Source: a virus. Taken from it: DNA of 64,000 nt. The position numbers and the translations under genes are program-made. The DNA lies in IMG/VR virus record IMGVR_UViG_3300025127_006147, positions 64,001-128,000 of that record. One strand, 5' to 3'. Within the stretch, counting starts at the first letter, position 1, and each line of letters starts with the position of its first letter. Below the pieces are notes generated by a model, which was not told the origin of the DNA, made no database searches, and saw only the letters and a program-made list of their open reading frames with translations. Shown here one piece after another: positions 1 to 8,110 of this stretch.

Positions 1-1
1 T

Positions 2-739
2 ATTCATGTTACTGCTGGACTGAAATATGGTAGTAACCCTGTAGAAAAGATTAATAAACAACATTTAAATAGGGGGTTTGCTGGAATTGGTTACCATTAC
101 TTAATAGGTAGGGGGGCTGAAGGAGATGACAATAGTCCACAAGGAACATTATATGGTGCTAGACCCCAAAATAAAGTAGGTGCACATACTAGAGGACATA
201 ATAGCAGGTCTGTAAGTGTTAGTATGATAGCTAATTGTGCTAAAATGGGTGTGTATGATAAATCTGAAGGAGGAGACCATCCTACCTCAACCCAAAAAGA
301 AACACTAGAGTGGACATTATTGTGGTTATTATTTGACACTCAACTATTTAGGATGACCGATAATAAAAGTGTAACTATTAAAACTAGAGAAGAAGATGTT
401 AAGGTTACAAATCCTACGGTATTAGATAATACGGGAGGAGTACAATCAGCTTTATGGAAAAGTGTATTGAAAGGCCACAATCAATTTGCTAATAAAAGGT
501 GTCCGTGTTTTAGAGTAGAAAGAACCCTAAGTGATACGGGCCCTGGTAGTTTAATGAGTAAATTGAGAATTAAATTAAAAAATGCTCTAGAAAGTGGAGA
601 ATTTAGTCCAGGTCCAGACTTTGGACAAGCGTCTATGGTCAGGTACTTCTCTAAAAGAGCTAAAGGTAAAGGTTGGGTACCGAGCCCTTGGTCTACCTCA
701 ACAGGTCAATTCGGAGGTAGAGATTTGGCAAGCAATTAA
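2..739 (+). CDS. N-acetylmuramoyl-L-alanine amidase (Amidase_2/T7 lysozyme-like) domain; 5'-truncated C-terminus of a longer, possibly virion-associated protein
   Basis: Frame is open from base 2 (IHVTAG...GIGYHYLIG...VGAHTRGHNSRSVSVSM), upstream of the tracked 224 start; also PTSTQKETL and GHNQFANKRCPCF. These match the His/Tyr/His/Cys pattern of T7-lysozyme-like amidases. Confidence 0.8.
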   Translation: MHVTAGLKYGSNPVEKINKQHLNRGFAGIGYHYLIGRGAEGDDNSPQGTLYGARPQNKVGAHTRGHNSRSVSVSMIANCAKMGVYDKSEGGDHPTSTQKETLEWTLLWLLFDTQLFRMTDNKSVTIKTREEDVKVTNPTVLDNTGGVQSALWKSVLKGHNQFANKRCPCFRVERTLSDTGPGSLMSKLRIKLKNALESGEFSPGPDFGQASMVRYFSKRAKGKGWVPSPWSTSTGQFGGRDLASN

Positions 740-762
740 CAAGAGATTTACTAATCTCGTAA

Positions 763-770
763 TATTTATA
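763..770 (+). promoter_or_regulatory. TATTTAT(A) start-proximal motif, putative phage late promoter
   Basis: TATTTATA 18 nt before ATG 788; the same motif precedes many other starts (see findings). Confidence 0.5.
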
Positions 771-787
771 GATAAAATAACTTTATT

Positions 788-994
788 ATGAGAAATATAG
801 AAAAAAATTTAGACAACTTTTTAGGTAACAAAAATGTTAGAACTAAAAACATCAAAGTTGAAGAAGAAGGCTTTGAAGAAGTTTGTGACACAGAAACTGG
901 AGAGTGTAAAACAATTAAATCAAAAGACGGTTTGATTGAAAGAGTAAATAAAAAAATGATTACTGAAGACGGTAGGAATTTATTAATGGGATAA
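788..994 (+). CDS. hypothetical protein (68 aa, C-x5-C)
   Basis: ORF with A/T-rich leader fitting tightly between neighbours. Confidence 0.7.
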   Translation: MRNIEKNLDNFLGNKNVRTKNIKVEEEGFEEVCDTETGECKTIKSKDGLIERVNKKMITEDGRNLLMG

Positions 995-1008
995 AAAAAA
1001 CTAATAAA

Positions 1009-1716
1009 ATGAGTCGTAAAAAAAATATAGAAAGTATTTTATCCGAAGAACTACAAAGATTTAATCAAATAGGTGGATATGTTGAAAATCTTCACGAACA
1101 ATTTTTAGGTTTTGCAGGTGGTAGAACTGAATTGGGTGAACAAGAGGAAGAAGAAACAGATACACCAGAAGAAGGTGGGGACGATTTAGATTTGGGTGAT
1201 ACGGATGACACTACTGAAGAAACAGGTGATGACTTAGGTGGAGATGACTTAGGTGGTGATGATTTGGGTGGTGATGATTTGGGTGATGATACTAGTGATA
1301 ACACTGAAGAAATAGATGTGACAGATATCGTTACAATGACAAAAGAAACTGGTGAAAAAACTGAAGAATTAGAAGGAACCATCGGTAAACAAAAAGACAG
1401 TATTGACTCATTAATTTCTAAATTAGATGACTTAGAAAGTAAGTTGAATAGTATGGATAACATGATGTCTAGCATTAATCAGTTAGAAGATAAAATTGAA
1501 GAATATAGACCACAAACACCACAGGAAAAATTAGAATTACGTTATTTAGATAGTGGACCATTTAACCAGTCACCTAAAAAATATTGGGAAGAAAAAAAGG
1601 GTGATTTAAAGAAACAAAAAGATAAACATGAATATGTTTTAACTTCTGATGAAGTGGACGATGTTAATGATTCAGATATTAAAAATAGTTGGGTTTACAG
1701 TCCAGAAGAAGAATAA
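1009..1716 (+). CDS. acidic coiled-coil protein, possible head scaffold/internal protein
   Basis: Very D/E-rich, GGDDL repeats, heptad segment (IDSLISKLDDLESKLNSM), N-terminal LSEELQRF motif. Confidence 0.6.
   Translation: MSRKKNIESILSEELQRFNQIGGYVENLHEQFLGFAGGRTELGEQEEEETDTPEEGGDDLDLGDTDDTTEETGDDLGGDDLGGDDLGGDDLGDDTSDNTEEIDVTDIVTMTKETGEKTEELEGTIGKQKDSIDSLISKLDDLESKLNSMDNMMSSINQLEDKIEEYRPQTPQEKLELRYLDSGPFNQSPKKYWEEKKGDLKKQKDKHEYVLTSDEVDDVNDSDIKNSWVYSPEEE
1228..1290 (+). repeat. 15-bp degenerate tandem repeat encoding (DDLGG)x4
   Basis: gatgacttaggtgga gatgacttaggtggt gatgatttgggtggt gatgatttgggtgat. Confidence 0.9.
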
Positions 1717-1745
1717 AATTAACAAAACATAAATAAATAAATTTT

Positions 1746-1773
1746 GGGGAACGTCATTGACTTCCCCTTTTTT
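1746..1773 (+). terminator. Rho-independent terminator
   Basis: GGGGAA(c)GTC-ATT-GAC-TTCCCC stem followed by T6, 30 nt after the stop at 1716. Confidence 0.8.
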
Positions 1774-1785
1774 ATGTGTTATATT
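1757..1785 (+). promoter_or_regulatory. sigma70-type promoter for the replication operon
   Basis: TTGACT (1757-1762), 17-nt spacer, TG-n-TATATT (1777-1785), upstream of the ssb ATG at 1828. Confidence 0.65.
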
Positions 1786-1827
1786 TTCCCATATAAACAT
1801 TTTAATTAATTAAAAAATAAATAACAA

Positions 1828-2706
1828 ATGAGTAGTTTAGACGCAGTTTTAAAACAGTATGAACAAGGACAAGTTCAAAACAACAGTCCAAAAAATAATA
1901 TTAGTAGAGAAGACAGACTTAAAAAGTACTTCGCTACTTATTTACCTAAGGGAGAAACTGAAGGTGAAGCTAACATTAGAATTTTACCTACTAGTGATGG
2001 TAGTTCTCCTTTTAAAGAAGTTTTCTTTCATGAAGTACAAGTTGATGGTAAGTGGGTTAAATTAATGGACCCAGGTAAAAATGGTGATGGTTCACCTACT
2101 GGTGAAAGAAGTCCTTTGAATGAAGTTGAGGAGGCACTGAAACTAACTGGTAATCAAAAAGATAAAGAAATAGCTAGACAATATCGTTCTAAGAAATTTT
2201 ACATAGTTAAAGTAATTGACCGTGACGCGGAAGATGATGGTGTTAAATTCTGGAGATTTAAATGGAATTATAAAGGTGACGGAGTAATGGATAAAATTAT
2301 CCCTATCTTTCAAAAAAGAGGAGACGTTACTGACAGTAAAGAAGGTAGAGATTTAACATTAATGTTAAAATCAGTACCACTTCCTAATGGTAAAGGAAAT
2401 TACACCGTTGTCTCTATGGTATTAGCTGAAGACCCTTCACCACTATCAACAGACGAGGCGAAAGTAAAAGAATGGGTTGGTAATACTGAAACGTATAAGG
2501 ATGTTTACTCACAAAAACCAGTAGAATATTTAGAGGCTGTTGCGAGAGGAGAAACTCCAGTATGGGACACAGACCTTAAAAAGTATGTATACGGTGACTC
2601 TCAAGAAACTATAAACATGGGAGGAATAACCCCACCACAACCAACAAATAATGCTCCAGTAGACCCACAAGCTGGTCAAGAGAGTGATTCAGATTTACCA
2701 TTTTAA
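1828..2706 (+). CDS. single-stranded DNA-binding protein, T4 gp32-like
   Basis: IRILP, PF...FHEV, KFYIVKVIDR, GVKFWRF, GRDLTL pattern; acidic tail ending DSDLPF; sits beside recA and helicase. Confidence 0.8.
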   Translation: MSSLDAVLKQYEQGQVQNNSPKNNISREDRLKKYFATYLPKGETEGEANIRILPTSDGSSPFKEVFFHEVQVDGKWVKLMDPGKNGDGSPTGERSPLNEVEEALKLTGNQKDKEIARQYRSKKFYIVKVIDRDAEDDGVKFWRFKWNYKGDGVMDKIIPIFQKRGDVTDSKEGRDLTLMLKSVPLPNGKGNYTVVSMVLAEDPSPLSTDEAKVKEWVGNTETYKDVYSQKPVEYLEAVARGETPVWDTDLKKYVYGDSQETINMGGITPPQPTNNAPVDPQAGQESDSDLPF

Positions 2707-2718
2707 TAAAATAAAATA

Positions 2719-3714
2719 ATGGCAATAAAGAAAAAAAGTTTTAAAGATATAAAAAGTAAGTTCTCTAAAAAAGCTTCCTTCAAACCAGATAGATTTTTTG
2801 ATTTGGGGGAAGCGTTCTTAGACGCTACAGGATTACCAGGACCAGCCATGGGACATATTAACATGCTTTTGGGACATAGTGATACTGGTAAAACTACAGC
2901 TTTAGTTAAAACAGCTGTAGATGCACAGAAAAAAGGTATTTTACCTGTGTTTATTATTACAGAACAAAAGTGGGATTTTGACCACGCTAAACTTATGGGT
3001 TTAGAATGTGAAAAAGATAAAGACGGTGATTGGGACGGGTTTTTCTTATTCAATAATGGATTTGAGTATATAGAACAAATTACTGACTATATTAATGAAT
3101 TGTTAGACGCTCAAGAAAAAGGTGAATTAGAATATGATTTAGCACTTTTATGGGATTCTGTTGGTTCTGTTCCTTGTAAAATGACGTTTGATGGGAAAGG
3201 AGGTAAACAACATAACGCTAGTGTATTATCAGATAAGATAGGTATGGGAATTAATCAGAGAATTACTGGTTCTAGGAATACTAACTCTAAATATTTAAAC
3301 ACACTAGTTACAGTTAACCAACCTTGGGTTGAATTACCTGACAATCCTTTTTCGCAACCAAAAATTAAAGCTAAAGGAGGAGAATCGTTATGGTTAAATT
3401 CTACAATAGTGTTTTTATTTGGTAATCAGAAGAATGCTGGAACTTCTAAAATAACAGCAACAAAAGATAAAAGAAAAGTTAAATTTGCGACTCGTACTAA
3501 AATTTCAATTATGAAAAACCATGTTAATGGTTTAGGTTATGAGGACGGAAAAATATTAGTAACACCTCATGGTTTCCTTAAAGGAAAGGACGCTGGAGAA
3601 GAAAAAAAATCAATAGAAGGTTATAAGTCCGAAAATTCTGAATATTGGAAAGACATTATAGGTTCTGATGGTGATTATAACTTAGCAGTTGAAGAAACTG
3701 GTGAAATATTTTAA
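2719..3714 (+). CDS. recA: RecA/UvsX recombinase
   Basis: Walker A GHSDTGKT, Walker B WDSVG, VNQ motif, KxKxxKN (TKISIMKNH). Confidence 0.9.
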   Translation: MAIKKKSFKDIKSKFSKKASFKPDRFFDLGEAFLDATGLPGPAMGHINMLLGHSDTGKTTALVKTAVDAQKKGILPVFIITEQKWDFDHAKLMGLECEKDKDGDWDGFFLFNNGFEYIEQITDYINELLDAQEKGELEYDLALLWDSVGSVPCKMTFDGKGGKQHNASVLSDKIGMGINQRITGSRNTNSKYLNTLVTVNQPWVELPDNPFSQPKIKAKGGESLWLNSTIVFLFGNQKNAGTSKITATKDKRKVKFATRTKISIMKNHVNGLGYEDGKILVTPHGFLKGKDAGEEKKSIEGYKSENSEYWKDIIGSDGDYNLAVEETGEIF

Positions 3715-3726
3715 ATTAAAAAAAAA

Positions 3727-4161
3727 ATGGCAAAAGTAGAAAAAGGTAGTAAAATTAAAGTACATTATACAGGTACTAAAAACGATGGTAGTAAATTTGA
3801 TAGTTCTTATGATAGAGGACAAGTATTAGAATTTGAAGTTGGTTCTGGACAAATGATAAAAGGATTTGATGAAGGTGTCGTTGGAATGGAAGTGGGTGAA
3901 ACTAAAGACCTACATTTAAAACCCGAAGAAGCTTACGGTTTAAGAAAAGAGGAAGCTAAAACAGAAGTACCTAAAGAGGCACTTCCACCAGATTTCAACC
4001 CACAAGTAGGGGAAACCGTACAAGGTCAAACAATAGATGGAAGACCAATTTTAGCAAAAGTTAAAGAATTACAAGAAAATAAAGTAATTTTAGACTTGAA
4101 CCATCCTTTAGCGGGTGAAGAACTTAACTTTAAGGTTGAGTTAATGGAAATAGAAAAATAG
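3727..4161 (+). CDS. FKBP-type peptidyl-prolyl isomerase, SlyD/FkpB-like, no His-rich tail
   Basis: VHYTG, FDSS, F.VG.GQMIKGFDEGV.GM, PEEAYG, insert-in-flap domain, DLNHPLAGEELNF. Confidence 0.95.
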   Translation: MAKVEKGSKIKVHYTGTKNDGSKFDSSYDRGQVLEFEVGSGQMIKGFDEGVVGMEVGETKDLHLKPEEAYGLRKEEAKTEVPKEALPPDFNPQVGETVQGQTIDGRPILAKVKELQENKVILDLNHPLAGEELNFKVELMEIEK

Positions 4162-4185
4162 TGTTTAACTTTATAATAAAACAAC

Positions 4186-5202
4186 ATGTTAAAGACATTA
4201 GTTGTCGATGGCAATAGTATATTACAGACAGGATTTCATGGTGTAAAAGATTTTTACCATAACGGTAATCATTTTGGGGCTATATTTTATTTTCTAAATA
4301 CATTAAAAAGAAATTTAGAAAAAAAATCATATGATAAGGTAGTCGTATTTTGGGATGGTAAAAAAAATTACAAATATCGTAGAGAGTTATATTCTCCATA
4401 TAAAGTAAATCGGAAAAAAAGATTAGATAAGGATAAAATTGACGACATGTTTCGTCAAAAAAATCGTATATCACAATACCTAGAAGAGTTTTTTGTAAGA
4501 CAGGGCGGGTACAATAGTTGTGAGGCAGATGACTGTATCTCATATTATTGTAGAATATCACCTAATGAGAATAAAACTATACTCACCAACGATAAAGACC
4601 TACTACAACTAGTAAATCAACAAGTAAGTGTTTTCCTAACTAGAACTGAAACCCTTGTAACACATAAGGATAAAATTAAAGTAGGTAAGTTACCTATGTC
4701 TGTTCCCGCATGTAATATTCCAATAGTTAAAATTTTATTGGGTGATAGAAGTGACAATATCAAAGGAATTATGTATTTTGGAGAAAAGTCTTTGATTAAA
4801 CACTTCCCAGAGATTGAAAAAGATGATATTTCTATAGAAGAAATATTAAATAAAGCTCGGAATAAATTAAATGAGGGTAGTAAGGATAGGGGATTAAAAA
4901 ATTTATCAGAAGGTATTTCAGCTGATGGAAGAAAAGGTAAAGAATTTTTTGAAGTTAATGAAAAAATAATTAATCTAGAAAATACATTCTTAACTGAAGA
5001 AGCTAAAAATGAAATAAATGACCTGGTAAATGAATCTCTTGACCCAGAAGGAAGAGAAAATGAAAATGTAGTACAAATGATGAAAGACGATGGGTTATTT
5101 TCTGTACTACCTAAAAAAGATGACAGTTGGACATCGTTTATACACCCATTAATTCAACTAAGAAAAAAAGAAATTAAATATTTTAAAATACAAAACAATT
5201 AA
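4186..5202 (+). CDS. 5'-3' exonuclease / flap endonuclease (T4 RNase H, PolA N-terminal-like)
   Basis: LVVDGNS, VFWDG, YKxNR, EADD, TNDKDLLQL, GDRSDNIKGI. Confidence 0.92.
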   Translation: MLKTLVVDGNSILQTGFHGVKDFYHNGNHFGAIFYFLNTLKRNLEKKSYDKVVVFWDGKKNYKYRRELYSPYKVNRKKRLDKDKIDDMFRQKNRISQYLEEFFVRQGGYNSCEADDCISYYCRISPNENKTILTNDKDLLQLVNQQVSVFLTRTETLVTHKDKIKVGKLPMSVPACNIPIVKILLGDRSDNIKGIMYFGEKSLIKHFPEIEKDDISIEEILNKARNKLNEGSKDRGLKNLSEGISADGRKGKEFFEVNEKIINLENTFLTEEAKNEINDLVNESLDPEGRENENVVQMMKDDGLFSVLPKKDDSWTSFIHPLIQLRKKEIKYFKIQNN

Positions 5203-5204
5203 AA

Positions 5205-5654
5205 ATGGAAGACAAAAAAATAACAAAGTTTGAATTTTTACTAACATTAGAAGACCACATTATCTGTCAAAGATTTTTTAACGTAAAAGGATACAAACCT
5301 AGAAATACAAAATCTCTAGATTTGTATGAATCGGTAAAATACATTCAAGAAGAGATAAATGACTCATTAAAAATGAAAGCTACCGATTATTTAAGCTCCC
5401 TCTACAACAGTTATACACATACTGTCAATTTGTCAGAACAAGACCGTGAAGAGCCGCCTCATGAATATTTCAATATCTACATAAAATTGAATAATGAGAT
5501 AGTTACACACCGAATTTTTCCAGCTTGGATATATCCAGGTAAAATAAGATATACGGTGGATATTAGACCTTTTATTGGTAAGTTTTTGAGAGAACTCAGT
5601 GACGTATTGTCAGCTGAAAAAGTTGAGCGAAAGTATCTCGAAACGGTACTTTAA
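5205..5654 (+). CDS. hypothetical protein
   Basis: 149-aa ORF in the operon; no recognisable motif. Confidence 0.7.
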   Translation: MEDKKITKFEFLLTLEDHIICQRFFNVKGYKPRNTKSLDLYESVKYIQEEINDSLKMKATDYLSSLYNSYTHTVNLSEQDREEPPHEYFNIYIKLNNEIVTHRIFPAWIYPGKIRYTVDIRPFIGKFLRELSDVLSAEKVERKYLETVL

Positions 5655-5690
5655 AAGTATTTATTAATTACCCTAAAAGATTTAAGATAG

Positions 5691-7067
5691 ATGAAAGAAA
5701 GTAAAAGTTTTGGTTACCTAGGTCACACGTTTCAAGTCAAACTTATTAACCAAATAATAACCGACAAAAAATTTGCAAATAACATCATTGAGGTGATTGA
5801 CCCTAAGTACTTCGATAACCAGTATTTTAAGTTAATCAGTCAAATGAGTAAGGAGTATTTTGAAAAATATAATACACCCCCTACGTTTGATGTTTTAGAC
5901 CAAATGACTCGACTAGAAGTATCGTCAGAGATGGCTAGAACTAATATATTTGATATGTTGGTGGAGATACGAGAGTGTGAGGTGGAGGACCATCTATGGA
6001 TACAGGAAAAAGCTTTGAAATTTTGTAAACAACAAGAGTTAAAAAAAGCTATTGTAAAAGTTAACAAAATAATCGAGAAGGGTGATTTCGAATCATATGA
6101 TAAGTGTGAAGAATACATTAGAGTAGCTACACAAATAGGTGAAGTCACGGACGGAGCTATGGATGTCTTCCAAGATTTAGATGAAGCTTTAATAGACGAT
6201 TTTAGAGACCCTATACCTTTAGGTATAAATGGTATAGATAATATTTTAGATGGTGGGTTAGCTAAAGGAGAAATTGGAGTATTTCTTGCACCTACAGGTG
6301 TTGGTAAAACTACAGTACTAACAAAAGTAGCTAATACAGCTTATAACATGGGTTTTAGTGTGTTACAAATATTTTTTGAAGACAATCCTAAAGTAATACA
6401 AAGAAAACACATAACCTGTTGGTCTGGTATTCCAGCTCAAGAACAGTCATCTAGACGTGAAGAAGTTTTAGAAAAAATTGCCCCTTACAAACAAGGAAGA
6501 GGTAAATTAATTATAGAAAAATTACCTTCAGATAGAATAACTATAAGTTCTATAAAAAATAGAATAAGAAAATTAGTAGCTGAAGGTAATAAATTTGACA
6601 TGATTGTTTTGGATTACATTGATTGTGTACTCCCAGATAAACATTTTAATGAAGTTTGGCAAGGTGAAGGTCTTGTTATGAGACAATTTGAAAGTATGTG
6701 TAATGAGTTAGATGTAGCAGGTTGGACCGCAGCACAAGGAAATAGGACTTCTATAAGTTCAGAAGTAGTAACTACTGATATGATGGGAGGTTCTATTAAA
6801 AAGGCACAAGTGGGTCACGTAATTATAACCCTAGCTAAAACTCTACAACAAAAAGAAATGGGTCTCGCAACAATTGCAATTACCAAGTCTAGAGTGGGAC
6901 AAGACGGAATAGTTTTTGAAAACTGTAAATTTGATAACGCTACGTTACAAATTGATACTGAACAATCCCAAACCCTATTGGGTCTAGAACAAGAAAGAGA
7001 AAGAAGAACTGCTGATAGGGTAAGAGCAGCTCTAGATAGAAGAAACCAACAAATAAATCAACAATAA
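5691..7067 (+). CDS. dnaB: replicative DNA helicase, DnaB/T4 gp41-like
   Basis: Walker A APTGVGKT, LDYID Walker B, AAQGNR, GSIKKAQ, KSRVG. Confidence 0.92.
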   Translation: MKESKSFGYLGHTFQVKLINQIITDKKFANNIIEVIDPKYFDNQYFKLISQMSKEYFEKYNTPPTFDVLDQMTRLEVSSEMARTNIFDMLVEIRECEVEDHLWIQEKALKFCKQQELKKAIVKVNKIIEKGDFESYDKCEEYIRVATQIGEVTDGAMDVFQDLDEALIDDFRDPIPLGINGIDNILDGGLAKGEIGVFLAPTGVGKTTVLTKVANTAYNMGFSVLQIFFEDNPKVIQRKHITCWSGIPAQEQSSRREEVLEKIAPYKQGRGKLIIEKLPSDRITISSIKNRIRKLVAEGNKFDMIVLDYIDCVLPDKHFNEVWQGEGLVMRQFESMCNELDVAGWTAAQGNRTSISSEVVTTDMMGGSIKKAQVGHVIITLAKTLQQKEMGLATIAITKSRVGQDGIVFENCKFDNATLQIDTEQSQTLLGLEQERERRTADRVRAALDRRNQQINQQ

Positions 7068-7077
7068 AAGATATAAC

Positions 7078-8088
7078 ATGAGTAATAATAAAAATTTATT
7101 TACAGAGAGAGTAGCATATAAACCTTTTGAATATCCAGAATATTATACAGAAGGTTGGTTAAAACAAGCACAGGCATTTTGGTTACATACTGAAATTTCA
7201 ATGCAGGGTGATGTTAAAGATTGGAAAGAAAATCTTAATGAATCAGAGAAAAATTTAGTAGGTAATATCTTACTAGGTTTTGCTCAAACAGAATGTGCTG
7301 TTTCAGACTATTGGACAAATATGGTGACGGATTGGTTCCCAAAACATGAAATTAGACAAATGGCGATGATGTTTGGAAGTCAAGAAACAATCCATGCTGT
7401 TGCATACTCTTATCTTAATGAGACACTAGGTCTAGAAGACTTTGAAGCTTTTTTACATGAAGAGGCGACCGCAGATAAATTCGACTTGTTAATGAATACA
7501 AGTGCTAACTATACACATAAAGATTTATCTAATAACGCAAAGGCTAGAAAAGAAGTGGGTAGAAGTTTAGCTATATTTTCTGCTTTTGCGGAAGGGGTAA
7601 GTTTATACAGTTCGTTTGCGGTACTTTACAGTTTCCAACTCAGAAATTTACTTAAAGGTATTGGACAACAAATGAAATGGTCAGTTAGAGACGAATCATT
7701 ACATAGTAGAATGGGATGTCAATTATTTAATCACATGTGTGAAGAATACCCTGAATTAAGAGAGGAAAGTAAAGAAGACATTTATGCTGCAGCTAAATTG
7801 ATTGTGGAACTAGAAGAAAAATTTATTGATAAAATGTTCGAAATGGGTGATTTAGAAAATTTAAAATCTGATGACCTAAAAGAATTTATCAAACAAAGAA
7901 CAAATGACAAATTAAAGGAATTGGGTTACGAAGAAATATTTGTCGTTAATCAGGAAAAATCCAGTAAGTTAGACTGGTTCTATCACCTCACAGGTGGAGT
8001 GACCCATACAGACTTTTTTGCAATCAGACCTACTGATTACAGTAAAGCTGGAGAAGATGATGATTGGGACGAAGATTCCCTTTTTTAA
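7078..8088 (+). CDS. nrdB: ribonucleotide reductase class I beta subunit
   Basis: FWLHTEI, QTECAV, ETIHAVAY, AEGVSLYSSF, RDESLH, C-terminal HTDFF...TDYSK. Confidence 0.95.
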   Translation: MSNNKNLFTERVAYKPFEYPEYYTEGWLKQAQAFWLHTEISMQGDVKDWKENLNESEKNLVGNILLGFAQTECAVSDYWTNMVTDWFPKHEIRQMAMMFGSQETIHAVAYSYLNETLGLEDFEAFLHEEATADKFDLLMNTSANYTHKDLSNNAKARKEVGRSLAIFSAFAEGVSLYSSFAVLYSFQLRNLLKGIGQQMKWSVRDESLHSRMGCQLFNHMCEEYPELREESKEDIYAAAKLIVELEEKFIDKMFEMGDLENLKSDDLKEFIKQRTNDKLKELGYEEIFVVNQEKSSKLDWFYHLTGGVTHTDFFAIRPTDYSKAGEDDDWDEDSLF

Positions 8089-8110
8089 ATAATAAAATTT
8101 AATAGGAAAT

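Noticed and set aside
743-758. GAGATT-TACT-AATCTC hairpin after the amidase gene as a terminator
   Set aside because: Weak AT-rich 6-bp stem with no U tract directly after it.
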